Source: an uncultured Streptococcus sp. (lineage in GTDB: Bacteria; Bacillota; Bacilli; Lactobacillales; Streptococcaceae). Taken from it: 64,000 nucleotides of DNA. A program made the position numbers and the translations under genes. Every line of letters starts with the position of its first letter. Position 1 is the first letter of the stretch. Below, in pieces: positions 27,869-39,329 of the stretch. The stretch lies in NCBI GenBank assembly GCA_963522395.1, contig CAUQZY010000001.1, forward strand, positions 6,973 to 70,972. The letters run 5' to 3'. Below the pieces are notes generated by a model that saw only the letters and a program-made list of their open reading frames with translations, ran no database searches and was not told the origin of the DNA.

Positions 27869-29341
27869 ATGGAAAAACAGAAAACATTTTTTGGACACCC
27901 TATGGGCTTGTCCACCCTCTTCTTTACAGAGATGTGGGAACGCTTTTCTTACTATGGGATGCGAGCTATCCTACTTTACTATATGTACTATAGTGTGCAA
28001 GATGGTGGGTTGGGGATGGATAAGACTACGGCTGCATCGGTTATGGCTATTTATGGCTCGCTGGTATTTTTGTCCTCGGTTATCGGTGGTTTTGTCAGTG
28101 ACCGTATTTTAGGAAGCCGTAAGACTGTCTTTTACGGTGGGATTCTGATTATGCTAGGACATATCGCTTTGGCAACACCTTTTGGACAAGTGGCTCTCTA
28201 TCTTTCTATTGCCTTGATTATCTTTGGAACTGGATTTTTAAAACCCAATATCTCAGATATGGTTGGGGGAATTTATGAGAAAGAGGATGATAGACGGGAT
28301 GCAGGTTTTAGTATCTTTGTCTTTGGGATTAACTTAGGTGCCTTTGTTGCCCCTTATCTAGTGGGTTATCTAGGTCAGGAAGTCAATTTCCATTTAGGTT
28401 TCTCATTAGCTGCCATTGGGATGTTCTTTGGTCTGGTGAAGTATGTTTTGGATGGGAAGAAATACCTGCCTGAATCAAGCCTTTACCCCACTGATCCACT
28501 TTCACAGAAGGAGCAGCAGAGCTTGATTAAACGTTTGCTGATTGCACTTGTCGTAGTTATTCTCGTGGTTATAGGTTTAGTCTTTACTCACCAGTTTAAT
28601 GTGGATATGATTGTTAATATCTTTACAGTGATTGCTGTAATTATTCCAATCTACTATTTCTTCAAAATTTTATCTAGTCAGAAAATAACTGCCACTGAGA
28701 GATCCCGAGTATTTGCCTACATTCCTCTATTTATCGCTGGAGTACTCTTCTGGTCTATTGAGGAACAGGGTTCTGTTGTTCTCGCTCTATTTGCGGATGA
28801 TCAAACTCGACTTTACTTTAATGTATTTGGGAATCAGATTCATTTCCCATCTAGCTTTTTCCAAAGTATCAATCCACTTTTCATTATGATTTATGTGCCG
28901 ATTTTTGCATGGTTGTGGGGGAAAATGGGTAAAAAGCAACCGTCCTCTTCTAAGAAATTTGCTTACGGTTTATTTGCAGCAGGTTTATCCTTCTTGTGGA
29001 TGATGTTACCAGGGATGCTCTTTGGGACAGATGTTAAGGTCAGTCCTTTCTGGTTGATTATGAGTTGGGCTATTGTAATTGTGGGTGAAATGCTGATTTC
29101 GCCGATTGGTCTATCAGTCACTAATAAGCTAGCACCAAAATCCTTCCAAGCACAAATGATGTCTATCTGGTTCTTGAGTAATGCTGCTGCCCAAGCTATC
29201 AATGCTCAAATTGTAAAATTTTATACAAGCGAGACCGAAGTTGCTTACTATGGAATTGTTGGAGGAATTACGATTGTATTCGGTATTATCTTACTCTTCT
29301 ATGTTCCACGTATTGAAAAACTAATGTCTGGTATCAAATAG
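27869..29341 (+). CDS. dtpT: Proton-dependent di-/tripeptide transporter (POT family)
   Basis: EMWERFSYYG (ExxERFxYY) and GTGFLKPN motifs. Confidence 0.93.
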   Translation: MEKQKTFFGHPMGLSTLFFTEMWERFSYYGMRAILLYYMYYSVQDGGLGMDKTTAASVMAIYGSLVFLSSVIGGFVSDRILGSRKTVFYGGILIMLGHIALATPFGQVALYLSIALIIFGTGFLKPNISDMVGGIYEKEDDRRDAGFSIFVFGINLGAFVAPYLVGYLGQEVNFHLGFSLAAIGMFFGLVKYVLDGKKYLPESSLYPTDPLSQKEQQSLIKRLLIALVVVILVVIGLVFTHQFNVDMIVNIFTVIAVIIPIYYFFKILSSQKITATERSRVFAYIPLFIAGVLFWSIEEQGSVVLALFADDQTRLYFNVFGNQIHFPSSFFQSINPLFIMIYVPIFAWLWGKMGKKQPSSSKKFAYGLFAAGLSFLWMMLPGMLFGTDVKVSPFWLIMSWAIVIVGEMLISPIGLSVTNKLAPKSFQAQMMSIWFLSNAAAQAINAQIVKFYTSETEVAYYGIVGGITIVFGIILLFYVPRIEKLMSGIK

Positions 29342-29394
29342 AGAAAAACTGGAATTTCTGTAGGGATTCTAACAGTTAGATAAATTATTTATTC

Positions 29395-29434
29395 AAAGGA
29401 TTTAGTTCTGTATGGTACAGGGCTAAGTCCTTTT
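29395..29434 (+). terminator. Terminator hairpin after dtpT
   Basis: aaaggatttagttctgta/tacagggctaagtccttt. Confidence 0.7.
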
Positions 29435-29497
29435 AGTTTGATTAAAATTCACGATGTTTCTGATATTCCTGGTAGACATTTGTTCACTTTTTCTATT

Positions 29498-29640
29498 TAA
29501 TACTCAATGAAAATTAAAGAGCAAACTAGGAAACTAGCCGCAGGTTGCTCAAAACACTGTTTTGAGGTTGTAGATGTCAGTAACCATACATACTGCAAGG
29601 CGACGTTGACGCGGTTTGAAGAGAATTTCGAAGAGTATAA
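29498..29640 (-). repeat. BOX element
   Basis: tactcaatgaaaattaaagagcaaactaggaaactagcc...tttgaagagaatttcgaagagtat. Confidence 0.9.
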
Positions 29641-29709
29641 GTCAAAGTCCATCAAAAAATCCCACTATTCATTAGGCTAAAGGAGACCTAATCATAGTGA
29701 GATTGTGAA

Positions 29710-30186
29710 TTATAGTAGATTTTGTATGGCCTCTTCAATTTGTTTTGGGTCTGTTTTTGAAGAGAAGCGCTCAAAGACCTGCCCATCACGATCGATGAGA
29801 AACTTAGCGAAATTCCATTCGACTCGTTTTCCCAGTGGGCCAGATTTTTGTTCTTTCAACCAAACATAGAGAGGATCTGCTTCCTTACCGTTGACCTTGA
29901 TCTTGGCAAAACGTGGGAAGGTGGTCTGATAATGTAGGCTACAGAAGGTGTTGATTTCCTCTGCGCTACCTGGTGCTTGTCCCATAAACTGATTGCAAGG
30001 GAAGTCTAAAATCTCAAAACCTTGTTCTTGATAGCGCTCATAGAGTTCTTGAAGTCCTTGGTACTGGGGCGTTAAACCACATCCAGTAGCAGTGTTGACA
30101 ACCAAGAGAACTTTACCACGATAGGTCTCTAGTGGAGTTTCTTGATGGTCTTGGTTCAAGACTGAAAAATCGTATAGTGAAGTCAT
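29710..30186 (-). CDS. gpx: Glutathione peroxidase
   Basis: NTATGCG, FPCNQF and WNFAKFL motifs. Confidence 0.95.
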   Translation of the reverse strand: MTSLYDFSVLNQDHQETPLETYRGKVLLVVNTATGCGLTPQYQGLQELYERYQEQGFEILDFPCNQFMGQAPGSAEEINTFCSLHYQTTFPRFAKIKVNGKEADPLYVWLKEQKSGPLGKRVEWNFAKFLIDRDGQVFERFSSKTDPKQIEEAIQNLL

Positions 30187-30761
30187 TGCTTGCTTTTCTC
30201 CTTCTGTTTGGTATTTTTAGGAGTTTTCTCCTCCTGTAGTGATAGAAATCCGTAGGTCAGGGTTCCAAAAATGCTACCGATAATCAGGCCATACATCAGG
30301 AAAGGAACACTTTTATCGAATTGCATGAGCAACTTCCCAAAATCTGAAAGGGACATCTGCTGAACGAAGACTTTATGAAAGATGAGTAAGGTAAAGAGGC
30401 CAATCTGAATACCGATAAACACAATCCAGCTTCGGAATTTGATTTGGGCTTTGCTGTAGGTTTTGAGAATGATTTCTGATTTGTCATCCTTTTCAAGATG
30501 AAGCTCTTGGACGGCTTTTTGAGCTTTTATACTCATGAACAAAATGAGTCCAAAATAGATGTAGGGCATAACATTTCGAACAATTTCTATAAAGCGTCCG
30601 AACAAAATATAGAATAGGAAGAGAATGAAGGAAGAGTAAAAGATTTGGATCATGGAACGGGCGCAAGCCTTGTAGATAACCTCTTGACGGCATTCATCAA
30701 AAGGGCCCTGAATATGAAAGAGATTTCGAAGTAGGCGAGTTGTTAAGTCTTCTTTTTTCAT
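30183..30761 (-). CDS. DUF3278-like membrane protein (paralogue of 31125-31667)
   Basis: MKKEDLTTRLLRNLFHIQGPFDE resembles MKKETFTEKLIKRTYGISGPLDE. Confidence 0.7.
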   Translation of the reverse strand: MKKEDLTTRLLRNLFHIQGPFDECRQEVIYKACARSMIQIFYSSFILFLFYILFGRFIEIVRNVMPYIYFGLILFMSIKAQKAVQELHLEKDDKSEIILKTYSKAQIKFRSWIVFIGIQIGLFTLLIFHKVFVQQMSLSDFGKLLMQFDKSVPFLMYGLIIGSIFGTLTYGFLSLQEEKTPKNTKQKEKSKQ

Positions 30762-30787
30762 GCTAGTAACCTCCTAAATGAGTGGTT

Positions 30788-31114
30788 TTACTGATTTTCT
30801 TTTACGAATTGATAGAGATAATAAAGATAAGTAATAGAAGAAAGGATAGCGATAGTTAGCAGTATATAATATTTCCAATTGCTTGAGATGACCATCAGTT
30901 GTGGTAAGGATAGAATCATAAAGAATAGTGCTAAGTTGAGTATGCGCGTTTTTTGGGAGTCAATCTTTAGATAAGTCAATCCTTTGTTGAGGGCTGGAAC
31001 AAAGACTGGAAGGAAGACTATATCGTAGATTGGCAAGTTCCCTGAAACGATGATGAAGATGAGCAGAGAACTGAACAAAAGATGATAGGTAAGTAAAGTT
31101 ACTAGTGATTTCAT
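30788..31114 (-). CDS. Small membrane protein
   Basis: Hydrophobic 108-aa ORF; likely start MKSLV after GGAGG. Confidence 0.65.
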   Translation of the reverse strand: MKSLVTLLTYHLLFSSLLIFIIVSGNLPIYDIVFLPVFVPALNKGLTYLKIDSQKTRILNLALFFMILSLPQLMVISSNWKYYILLTIAILSSITYLYYLYQFVKENQ

Positions 31115-31124
31115 AAGGTACCTC

Positions 31125-31667
31125 CTAATCCTCATCTTGATTTTTCTTAGTTTTTGCAATGCGACGGGAGATGAGGAACTGTATGCTTGCTCCGAAGAAG
31201 ATAGAACCGAGAATGCTTGATACACCATTTCTTATAGTGAGAAGAGAATGGAAATAGTCCTGACCTTCACCTATGAGTATACGGAGCAGAGGAGTTATAA
31301 AAAACATCCATAGACCAAAGAACAAACCTGCTTTCAGACCAGGGTAATGTAGTTGCTTGCTTTCTTTCTCACTCAGCATATCTGGATCAATAGCTGTAAT
31401 CCCTGTTTTTTTCATTTGGTAGGTGACATAGCCAGCAGCGATGAGGGCAATCACTAAAATCAGAGGAGGATAGATTAGAGCCACTTCTTGAGGATATTTA
31501 TAGGCCAGAAGGAGTGGAATAAGATTTCCGAAAATCATCAGATAAAAGAGGATGATAAAGACTTGGTTACCAATACGATCGGCCTCACGCCGTTTGTATT
31601 CGTCAAGGGGACCAGAAATACCGTATGTGCGTTTGATGAGTTTTTCAGTGAAGGTTTCTTTTTTCAT
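31125..31667 (-). CDS. DUF3278-family membrane protein
   Basis: MKKET...GISGPLDEYKR signature and four TM segments. Confidence 0.78.
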   Translation of the reverse strand: MKKETFTEKLIKRTYGISGPLDEYKRREADRIGNQVFIILFYLMIFGNLIPLLLAYKYPQEVALIYPPLILVIALIAAGYVTYQMKKTGITAIDPDMLSEKESKQLHYPGLKAGLFFGLWMFFITPLLRILIGEGQDYFHSLLTIRNGVSSILGSIFFGASIQFLISRRIAKTKKNQDED

Positions 31668-31682
31668 AAGTTGGCTCCTTTT

Positions 31683-31877
31683 TTAAAAATTATCCTCCCA
31701 AAAGAGACTGTTGAGGTCAGTTTGGAGGCTACGGGCGAGATTGAGACAGAGTTCCAGGGTTGGATTGTACTTGTCGTTTTCAATCATATTGATGGTTTGT
31801 CTCGAGACACCGATATCCTTGGCGAGTTCGAGCTGGGAAATGCCCAGTTCCTTGCGAAATTCTTTCACACGATTCAT
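31683..31877 (-). CDS. XRE/Cro-family HTH regulator
   Basis: SQLELAKDIGVSRQTINMIENDKYNP. Confidence 0.9.
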   Translation of the reverse strand: MNRVKEFRKELGISQLELAKDIGVSRQTINMIENDKYNPTLELCLNLARSLQTDLNSLFWEDNF

Positions 31878-31896
31878 CTGTTCTCCTTTCTGATTT

Positions 31897-31959
31897 ATGT
31901 CGTATATATTTGACTATATTATATTCTTCTATGAAATAGATGTCAAGCATATTTGACAT
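31897..31959 (-). promoter_or_regulatory. Promoter and two operator-like palindromes of the XRE-DUF3278 operon
   Basis: ATGTCAA-gcatat-TTGACAT (31940-31959) overlaps the -35 of TTGACA-17-TATAAT; degenerate copy at 31897-31916. Confidence 0.7.
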
Positions 31960-32042
31960 ATTTCTTAAAGAAATCTTACTTTTTTTGACCTATTTGTCTG
32001 ACTAGTGCAAGCTATTCGGATTTGTGGTAAAATAGATAAGAT

Positions 32043-32993
32043 ATGACAAAAGAATTTCATCATGTAACGGTCTTACTCCACGAAACGATTGATATGCTTG
32101 ACGTAAAGCCTGACGGTATCTACGTTGATGCGACTTTGGGTGGAGCAGGCCATAGCGAATATTTATTAAGTAAATTAAGTGAAAAAGGCCATCTCTATGC
32201 CTTTGACCAGGACCAGAATGCCATTGACAATGCGCAAAAACGCTTGGCACCCTATATCGAAAAAGGGATGGTAACCTTTATCAAGGATAATTTCCGTCAT
32301 TTACAGGCACGTTTGCGCGAAGCTGGTGTTCAGGAAATTGATGGAATTTGTTATGACTTAGGAGTGTCTAGTCCTCAATTGGATCAGCGTGAGCGTGGTT
32401 TTTCTTATAAAAAGGATGCGCCACTGGACATGCGGATGAATCAGGATGCTAGTCTGACAGCTTATGAAGTGGTGAACCACTATGACTATCATGACCTGGT
32501 TCGAATTTTCTTCAAATATGGCGAGGACAAATTCTCTAAACAGATTGCGCGTAAGATTGAACAAGCACGTGAAGTCAAGCCAATCGATACAACGACTGAG
32601 TTGGCAGAGATTATCAAGTCGGCCAAACCTGCCAAGGAGCTCAAGAAGAAGGGCCATCCTGCCAAGCAGATTTTCCAGGCTATTCGAATTGAAGTCAATG
32701 ATGAACTGGGAGCGGCAGATGAGTCCATCCAGCAGGCTATGGACATGTTGGCTCTGGATGGTAGAATTTCAGTGATTACCTTTCATTCCTTAGAAGACCG
32801 CTTGACCAAGCAATTGTTCAAGGAAGCTTCAACGGTTGAAGTTCCAAAAGGCTTGCCTTTCATCCCAGATGACCTCAAGCCCAAGATGGAATTGGTATCC
32901 CGTAAGCCAATCTTGCCAAGTGCAGAAGAATTAGAAGCCAATAACCGCTCGCATTCAGCTAAGTTGCGCGTGGCCAGAAAAATTCACAAGTAA
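32043..32993 (+). CDS. rsmH: 16S rRNA m4C1402 methyltransferase
   Basis: [20 protein letters not shown] and FHSLEDR motifs. Confidence 0.97.
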   Translation: MTKEFHHVTVLLHETIDMLDVKPDGIYVDATLGGAGHSEYLLSKLSEKGHLYAFDQDQNAIDNAQKRLAPYIEKGMVTFIKDNFRHLQARLREAGVQEIDGICYDLGVSSPQLDQRERGFSYKKDAPLDMRMNQDASLTAYEVVNHYDYHDLVRIFFKYGEDKFSKQIARKIEQAREVKPIDTTTELAEIIKSAKPAKELKKKGHPAKQIFQAIRIEVNDELGAADESIQQAMDMLALDGRISVITFHSLEDRLTKQLFKEASTVEVPKGLPFIPDDLKPKMELVSRKPILPSAEELEANNRSHSAKLRVARKIHK

Positions 32994-33002
32994 GAGGAAA
33001 AA

Positions 33003-33320
33003 ATGGTAGATAAAAAAGAAACAACCAGTCAATTCTTGCAGAGTCGTATAAAAAAATTCTCTCGTGTGGAGAAGGCTTTTTATCTTTCCATTGCGTTTAC
33101 GGCTCTCGTCTTAGCAGTGAGTATTATCTTTATGCAGACACGACTCTTGCAAGTGCAAAGTGATTTGACAAAAATCAATGCACAAATAGAAGAGAAAAAG
33201 ACAGAGCTCGATGATGCTAAGCAGGAAGTGAATGAATTGATTCGTTCAGAACGCTTGAAAGAAATCGCAAATTCTAAGGACTTAAAATTGAATAATGAGA
33301 ATATTCGATCAGCGGAGTAA
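33003..33320 (+). CDS. ftsL: Cell division protein FtsL
   Basis: FSRVEK, single TM and coiled coil; located between rsmH and pbp2x. Confidence 0.92.
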   Translation: MVDKKETTSQFLQSRIKKFSRVEKAFYLSIAFTALVLAVSIIFMQTRLLQVQSDLTKINAQIEEKKTELDDAKQEVNELIRSERLKEIANSKDLKLNNENIRSAE

Positions 33321-33323
33321 GAT

Positions 33324-35576
33324 ATGAAGTGGACAGAAAAAATAACCCGATTTGCGATTAGAAACCGTAAATCTCCAGTAGAAAACCGTAAAATAGTGGG
33401 GAAGTACATCAGCTTGTTAGCTGTCGTACTTTTCGCTGTCTTTTTGGTCAATTTTGCTGTTATTATCGGAAGTGGTAGTAAATTTGGAACGGATCTAGTC
33501 AAAGAGGCTAAGAAAGTTCACCAAACAACTCGCACAGTTCCTGCTAAGCGTGGGACCATCTATGACCGTAATGGAGTCCCCATCGCTGAAGATGCAACCT
33601 CCTATAACGTATATGCTGTCATTGATAAAAAATACAAGTCGGCAACGGGGAAAATTCTTTATGTAGAGGATTCTCAGTTTAATAAGGTAGCAGAAGTTTT
33701 CCATAAATATTTGGATATGGATGAATCTTATGTAAAAGAGCAATTGGCTCAACCAAATCTGACCCAAGTTTCTTTTGGTGCAAAAGGGAATGGAATTACC
33801 TATGCCAATATGATGGCTATTAAAAAAGATCTAAAAGACGCTAGTGTTGAAGGGATTGACTTTACAACTAGTCCTAACAGAAGCTATCCAAATGGACAAT
33901 TTGCTTCTAGTTTTATTGGTTTAGCCCAACTTCATGAAAATGAGGATGGTAGCAAGAGTTTGTTAGGAACTTCTGGTTTAGAGAGTTCCTTGAATACTAT
34001 TCTTGCAGGGACAGATGGGATTATTACCTATGAAAAAGACCGTTTAGGAAATATCGTCCCAGGTACGGAACAGGTATCGCAGCAGACTGTGAATGGTAAG
34101 GATGTCTATACAACATTGTCTAGTCCGCTCCAATCTTTTATGGAAACCCAGATGAATGCCTTCCTAGAAAAGGTAAAAGGTAAGTACATGACGGCGACCT
34201 TGGTCAGTGCCAAAACAGGGGAAATTCTCGCAACAACGCAAAGACCAACCTTTGATGCCGATACTAAGGAAGGAATCACTAAGGACTTTGTCTGGCGTGA
34301 TATTCTTTATCAAAGTAACTATGAACCAGGATCAGCCATGAAGGTTATGACGTTAGCTTCTTCTATTGATAATAATACCTTCCCAAGTGGAGAATACTTC
34401 AATAGCAGTGAATTAAAAATAGCGGATGCGACGATTCGAGATTGGGATGTTAATGATGGTTTGACTACTGGTGGGATGATGACTTTCTTACAAGGTTTCG
34501 CTCACTCCAGTAATGTTGGAATGAGTCTACTTGAACAAAAAATGGGAGATGCTACTTGGTTGGATTATCTAAAACGCTTTAAATTTGGGGTTCCGACTCG
34601 CTTTGGCTTGACAGATGAATACGCTGGTCAACTTCCAGCTGATAATATTGTTAATATTGCCATGAGTGCATTTGGTCAGGGGATTTCTGTAACGCAGACC
34701 CAGATGCTACGTGCTTTTACAGCCATTGCCAACGATGGGGTTATGTTGGAACCAAAATTTATTACGGCCTTGTATGATCCAAATGATCGAACCGCTCGTA
34801 AATCTCAAAAAGAGATTGTAGGAAATCCAGTTTCGAAAGATGCAGCTAGCCAAACTCGTACTCACATGGTTCTGGTAGGAACGGATCCTACATATGGAAC
34901 CATGTATAATCATAGTACAGGAAAAGCAACTGTCAATGTTCCAGGTCAAAATGTAGCCCTCAAGTCTGGTACAGCCCAAATCGCTGACGAGAAAAATGGA
35001 GGCTACTTAGTTGGTTCTACCAACTATATTTTCTCGGTTGTGGCTATGAACCCTGCTGAAAATCCTGATTTTATCTTGTATGTAACGGTTCAACAGCCTG
35101 AACATTATTCAGGTATCCAGTTGGGAGAATTTGCCAACCCAATCTTGGAGCGGGCTTCAGCTATGAAAGAATCTCTCAATCTTCAATCTCCAGCCAAAAA
35201 TTTAGATAAAGTGACGACAGAATCTTCTTATGCAATGCCTAGCATCAAGGATATTTCACCTGGTGAGTTGGCGGAAGCTTTACGCCGAAATATTGTGCAA
35301 CCAATCGTTGTAGGTACTGGAACAAAGATTAAAGAATCATCTGTAGAAGAAGGGACCAATCTTGCACCAAACCAACAAGTTCTCCTTTTATCGGATAAGG
35401 TAGAAGAAATTCCAGACATGTATGGCTGGAAAAAAGAGACTGCCGAGACCTTTGCTAAATGGTTGGATATTGAGCTGGAATTTGAAGGTTCAGGTTCCGT
35501 TGTTCAGAAGCAAGATGTTCGGACTAATACAGCTATCAAAAACATTAAAAAAATTAAATTAACTTTAGGAGACTAA
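33324..35576 (+). CDS. pbp2x: Penicillin-binding protein 2X (SAMK variant)
   Basis: 750 aa; S337-A-M-K, SSN and KSG motifs; C-terminal PASTA region. Confidence 0.97.
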   Translation: MKWTEKITRFAIRNRKSPVENRKIVGKYISLLAVVLFAVFLVNFAVIIGSGSKFGTDLVKEAKKVHQTTRTVPAKRGTIYDRNGVPIAEDATSYNVYAVIDKKYKSATGKILYVEDSQFNKVAEVFHKYLDMDESYVKEQLAQPNLTQVSFGAKGNGITYANMMAIKKDLKDASVEGIDFTTSPNRSYPNGQFASSFIGLAQLHENEDGSKSLLGTSGLESSLNTILAGTDGIITYEKDRLGNIVPGTEQVSQQTVNGKDVYTTLSSPLQSFMETQMNAFLEKVKGKYMTATLVSAKTGEILATTQRPTFDADTKEGITKDFVWRDILYQSNYEPGSAMKVMTLASSIDNNTFPSGEYFNSSELKIADATIRDWDVNDGLTTGGMMTFLQGFAHSSNVGMSLLEQKMGDATWLDYLKRFKFGVPTRFGLTDEYAGQLPADNIVNIAMSAFGQGISVTQTQMLRAFTAIANDGVMLEPKFITALYDPNDRTARKSQKEIVGNPVSKDAASQTRTHMVLVGTDPTYGTMYNHSTGKATVNVPGQNVALKSGTAQIADEKNGGYLVGSTNYIFSVVAMNPAENPDFILYVTVQQPEHYSGIQLGEFANPILERASAMKESLNLQSPAKNLDKVTTESSYAMPSIKDISPGELAEALRRNIVQPIVVGTGTKIKESSVEEGTNLAPNQQVLLLSDKVEEIPDMYGWKKETAETFAKWLDIELEFEGSGSVVQKQDVRTNTAIKNIKKIKLTLGD

Positions 35577-35577
35577 T

Positions 35578-36558
35578 ATGTTTATTTCCATCAGTGCTGG
35601 GATTGTGACATTTTTACTAACTTTAGTAGGAATTCCGGCCTTTATCCAATTTTATAGAAAGGCGCAAATTACAGGCCAGCAGATGCATGAGGATGTCAAA
35701 CAGCACCAGGCAAAAGCTGGAACTCCCACAATGGGCGGTTTGGTTTTCTTAATTGCTTCTGTTTTGGTTGCTTTCTTTTTTGCCCTATTTAGTAACCAAT
35801 TCAGTAATAATGTAGGAATGATTTTGTTCATCTTGGTCCTTTATGGACTTGTCGGATTTTTAGATGACTTTCTCAAGGTCTTTCGTAAGATTAATGAGGG
35901 CCTTAATCCCAAGCAAAAATTGGCTCTTCAGCTTCTAGGTGGCGTCATTTTCTACCTTTTCTATGAGCGCGGTGGCGATATCCTGTCTGTATTTGGTTAT
36001 CCAGTTCATTTGGGATTTTTCTATATTGTATTCGCTCTTTTCTGGCTAGTCGGTTTTTCAAATGCGGTCAACTTGACAGACGGCATTGACGGTCTAGCTA
36101 GTATTTCCGTTGTGATTAGCTTATCTGCCTATGGAGTTATTGCCTATGTTCAAGGTCAGATGGATATTCTTCTAGTGATTCTTGCCATGATTGGTGGCTT
36201 GCTCGGTTTCTTTGTCTTTAACCACAAGCCTGCCAAGGTCTTTATGGGGGATGTGGGAAGTTTGGCTTTAGGTGGAATGCTGGCAGCTATCTCTATGGCT
36301 CTCCACCAAGAATGGACTCTCTTGATTATCGGAATTATTTATGTCTTTGAAACAACTTCGGTCATGATGCAAGTCGGTTATTTCAAACTGACAGGTGGTA
36401 AACGTATTTTCCGTATGACGCCTGTGCATCACCATTTTGAGCTTGGAGGATTGTCTGGTAAAGGAAATCCTTGGAGCGAGTGGAAGGTTGACTTCTTCTT
36501 TTGGGGAGTGGGACTTCTAGCAAGTCTCCTGACCCTCTCAATTTTATATTTGATGTAA
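35578..36558 (+). CDS. mraY: Phospho-N-acetylmuramoyl-pentapeptide transferase
   Basis: [27 protein letters not shown] and PVHHHFE motifs. Confidence 0.97.
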   Translation: MFISISAGIVTFLLTLVGIPAFIQFYRKAQITGQQMHEDVKQHQAKAGTPTMGGLVFLIASVLVAFFFALFSNQFSNNVGMILFILVLYGLVGFLDDFLKVFRKINEGLNPKQKLALQLLGGVIFYLFYERGGDILSVFGYPVHLGFFYIVFALFWLVGFSNAVNLTDGIDGLASISVVISLSAYGVIAYVQGQMDILLVILAMIGGLLGFFVFNHKPAKVFMGDVGSLALGGMLAAISMALHQEWTLLIIGIIYVFETTSVMMQVGYFKLTGGKRIFRMTPVHHHFELGGLSGKGNPWSEWKVDFFFWGVGLLASLLTLSILYLM

Positions 36559-36561
36559 GAA

Positions 36562-36590
36562 TGGCACCCTGATGTTTCAGGGTGTTTTTG
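36562..36590 (+). terminator. Terminator after mraY
   Basis: gcaccctga-tgtt-tcagggtgt followed by a T run. Confidence 0.8.
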
Positions 36591-36596
36591 TGTTTA

Positions 36597-36750
36597 AATA
36601 CACAATGAAAATCAAAGAACAAACTAGGAAACTAACCGCAGGGTGCTCAAATCACAGCTTAGAGATTGTGGATAAGACTGACGAAGTCAGCTCAAAACAC
36701 GGTTTTGAGGTTGTAGATAAGACGAAGCTGACGTGTTTTGAAGAGTGTAA
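36597..36750 (-). repeat. BOX element (degenerate, two boxB-like units)
   Basis: aatgaaaatcaaagaacaaactaggaaacta...ctgacgaagtcagctcaaaacac...ttgaagagtg. Confidence 0.85.
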
Positions 36751-36759
36751 AAAAATATT

Positions 36760-36809
36760 GGTCAATTAAAGTCAAATTTCTTGACCTTTTCTGACTAATG
36801 TAGTATATT
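36760..36809 (+). promoter_or_regulatory. CtsR boxes overlapping the clpL promoter
   Basis: GGTCAAT-taa-AGTCAAA (36760-36776), an inverted copy over -35 TTGACC, and -10 TATATT at 17 bp. Confidence 0.8.
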
Positions 36810-36846
36810 ATGAACGTAAGGTAAATGAAAGCCTTACGTAAACACT

Positions 36847-36960
36847 TATGCTCGATGAAAATCAAGAGTAAACTAGGAAGCTAGCCGCAGGTTATCAAAA
36901 CACTGTTTTGAGGTTGCAGATAGAGCTGACGTGGTTTGAAGAGATTTTCGGAGAGTATTA
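36847..36960 (-). repeat. BOX element inside the clpL leader
   Basis: gatgaaaatcaagagtaaactaggaagctagccgcagg...gctgacgtggtttgaagagattttcggagagtatta. Confidence 0.88.
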
Positions 36961-36990
36961 TTTAAAGTAAAATAGAAAGAGGTGGGGTCT

Positions 36991-37080
36991 ATGTTTAATC
37001 TAGAAATCTTCAGAAGTAAAGATAGTCTACTCCTGCTTGAAAAAGAAAAACCAGAAATAGTACGTAGAGTAGCGATTTAG
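36991..37080 (+). CDS. Putative 29-aa small protein upstream of clpL
   Basis: AGAAAGAGGTG RBS; MFNLEIFRSKDSLLLLEKEKPEIVRRVAI*. Confidence 0.45.
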   Translation: MFNLEIFRSKDSLLLLEKEKPEIVRRVAI

Positions 37081-37104
37081 CTAGTCTAAATTTTTTAAAA
37101 CAAA

Positions 37105-37121
37105 GGTCAAAGATAGTCAAT
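37105..37121 (+). promoter_or_regulatory. Additional CtsR box
   Basis: GGTCAAA-gat-AGTCAAT heptad direct repeat. Confidence 0.75.
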
Positions 37122-37163
37122 ATCAGTAATCGTAACTAAGAAAAACAAAAAGAGGTAAAGAAT

Positions 37164-39269
37164 ATGAACAACAACTTTAATAATTTTAACAACATGGATG
37201 ATTTATTTAACCAATTGATGGGTGGTATGCGAGGATACAGTTCTGAAAATCGCCGTTACTTGATTAATGGACGTGAAGTCACACCTGAGGAATTTGCTCA
37301 TTATCGTGCGACTGGTCAATTACCAGGAAATGCAGAAACTGATGGACAAATGCCACAACATACGTCAGGTATGAAACAAGATGGTGTCCTTGCTAAACTG
37401 GGTCGAAACTTGACAGCAGAAGCGCGTGAGGGCAAGCTGGATCCTGTCATCGGACGAAACAAGGAAATTCAAGAAACATCTGAAATCCTTTCACGCCGTA
37501 CTAAGAACAATCCTGTTTTGGTCGGAGATGCAGGTGTTGGTAAGACAGCAGTTGTCGAAGGTCTAGCACAAGCCATTGTGAACGGAGATGTTCCAGCTGC
37601 TATTAAGAACAAGGAAATCATTTCCATTGATATCTCAGGTCTCGAGGCTGGTACTCAATACCGTGGTAGCTTTGAAGAAAATGTGCAAAATCTAGTAAAC
37701 GAAGTAAAAGAAGCGGGAAATATTATCCTTTTCTTTGATGAAATTCACCAAATTCTCGGTGCTGGTAGCACTAGTGGAGATAGTGGATCTAAAGGGCTTG
37801 CGGATATTCTCAAGCCAGCCCTCTCTCGTGGAGAATTGACAGTGATTGGAGCAACGACTCAAGACGAATATCGTAACACTATCTTGAAGAATGCAGCTCT
37901 TGCTCGTCGTTTCAACGAAGTCAAGGTCAATGCTCCTTCAGCAGAGGATACATATAAAATCCTTCAAGGAATTCGTGACCTCTATCAACAACACCACAAT
38001 GTCATCTTGCCAGACGAGGTTTTGAAAGCAGCAGTGGATTATTCTGTTCAGTATATTCCTCAACGTAGCTTGCCAGATAAGGCTATCGACCTTGTCGATG
38101 TAACGGCGGCTCATTTGGCAGCTCAGCATCCAGTAACAGATGTTCATGCTGTTGAACGTGAAATTGAGGCAGAAAAAGACAAGCAAGAAAAAGCAGTTGA
38201 GGCAGAAGATTTTGAAGCAGCTCTAAACTATAAAACACGCATTGCAGAATTGGAAAAGAAAATCGAAAACCATACAGAAGATATGAAAGTGACTGCAAGT
38301 GTCAACGATGTGGCTGAATCTGTAGAACGAATGACCGGTATTCCAGTATCTCAAATGGGGGCTACGGACATCGAACGTTTGAAAGATATGGGTCATCGTT
38401 TGCAGACGAAAGTTATTGGTCAAGATAAGGCCGTTGAAGCAGTAGCAAAAGCTATCCGTCGTAACCGTGCTGGTTTTGATGAAGGTAACCGTCCAATCGG
38501 TAGCTTCCTCTTTGTAGGTCCTACTGGTGTTGGTAAGACTGAGTTGGCTAAACAATTGGCTCTTGATATGTTCGGAACGAAAGATGCTATCATCCGTTTG
38601 GACATGTCAGAATACAGCGACCGCACAGCCGTATCTAAATTGATTGGTACAACTGCAGGTTATGTTGGTTACGATGACAACAACAATACCTTGACAGAAC
38701 GCGTCCGTCGCAATCCATACTCAATCGTCCTTCTCGACGAAATTGAAAAGGCTGACCCTCAAGTCATCACCCTTCTCCTTCAAGTTTTGGATGATGGTCG
38801 TTTGACAGATGGTCAAGGTAACACTGTCAACTTCAAGAATACGGTGATTATCGCAACTTCAAACGCAGGCTTTGGTTACGAAGCTAACTTGACAGAAGAT
38901 GCTGATAAACCAGAATTGATGGATCGTTTGAAACCTTACTTCCGTCCAGAATTCCTTAACCGTTTCAATGCTGTCATCGAATTCTCACACTTGAGCAAAG
39001 AAGATCTTTCTAAGATTGTAGACCTTATGTTGGTTGAAGTTAACAAGACGCTTTCTAAGAAAGACATTGACTTGACAGTGAGCGAAGCTGCTAAAGAATA
39101 CATGACTGAGGAAGGCTACGATGAAGTCATGGGTGTTCGTCCACTCCGTCGTGTGGTTGAACAAGAAATTCGTGATAAAGTGACAGACTTCCATTTGGAT
39201 CACCTAGATGCCAAACACCTAGAAGCTGACATGGAAGATGGTGTTTTGGTCATTCGTGAGAAAGCCTAA
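37164..39269 (+). CDS. clpL: ATP-dependent Clp ATPase ClpL
   Basis: [16 protein letters not shown]-terminus; two AAA+ modules ([16 protein letters not shown]). Confidence 0.96.
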   Translation: MNNNFNNFNNMDDLFNQLMGGMRGYSSENRRYLINGREVTPEEFAHYRATGQLPGNAETDGQMPQHTSGMKQDGVLAKLGRNLTAEAREGKLDPVIGRNKEIQETSEILSRRTKNNPVLVGDAGVGKTAVVEGLAQAIVNGDVPAAIKNKEIISIDISGLEAGTQYRGSFEENVQNLVNEVKEAGNIILFFDEIHQILGAGSTSGDSGSKGLADILKPALSRGELTVIGATTQDEYRNTILKNAALARRFNEVKVNAPSAEDTYKILQGIRDLYQQHHNVILPDEVLKAAVDYSVQYIPQRSLPDKAIDLVDVTAAHLAAQHPVTDVHAVEREIEAEKDKQEKAVEAEDFEAALNYKTRIAELEKKIENHTEDMKVTASVNDVAESVERMTGIPVSQMGATDIERLKDMGHRLQTKVIGQDKAVEAVAKAIRRNRAGFDEGNRPIGSFLFVGPTGVGKTELAKQLALDMFGTKDAIIRLDMSEYSDRTAVSKLIGTTAGYVGYDDNNNTLTERVRRNPYSIVLLDEIEKADPQVITLLLQVLDDGRLTDGQGNTVNFKNTVIIATSNAGFGYEANLTEDADKPELMDRLKPYFRPEFLNRFNAVIEFSHLSKEDLSKIVDLMLVEVNKTLSKKDIDLTVSEAAKEYMTEEGYDEVMGVRPLRRVVEQEIRDKVTDFHLDHLDAKHLEADMEDGVLVIREKA

Positions 39270-39286
39270 CTCAACATTTTGAGCAT

Positions 39287-39326
39287 AAAAAAGAAGGAGC
39301 CAGCTGAAAAACTGGTTCCTTTTTTG
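39287..39326. terminator. Bidirectional terminator between clpL and luxS
   Basis: A run, aaggagccag/ctggttcctt stem, T run. Confidence 0.8.
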
Positions 39327-39329
39327 TAT

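Noticed and set aside
36572..36769. 65-aa ORF in the track
   Set aside because: Made of the mraY terminator plus BOX element sequence; no RBS.
37164..37200. Asn-rich low-complexity repeat at the start of clpL
   Set aside because: Normal feature of the ClpL N-terminal domain.
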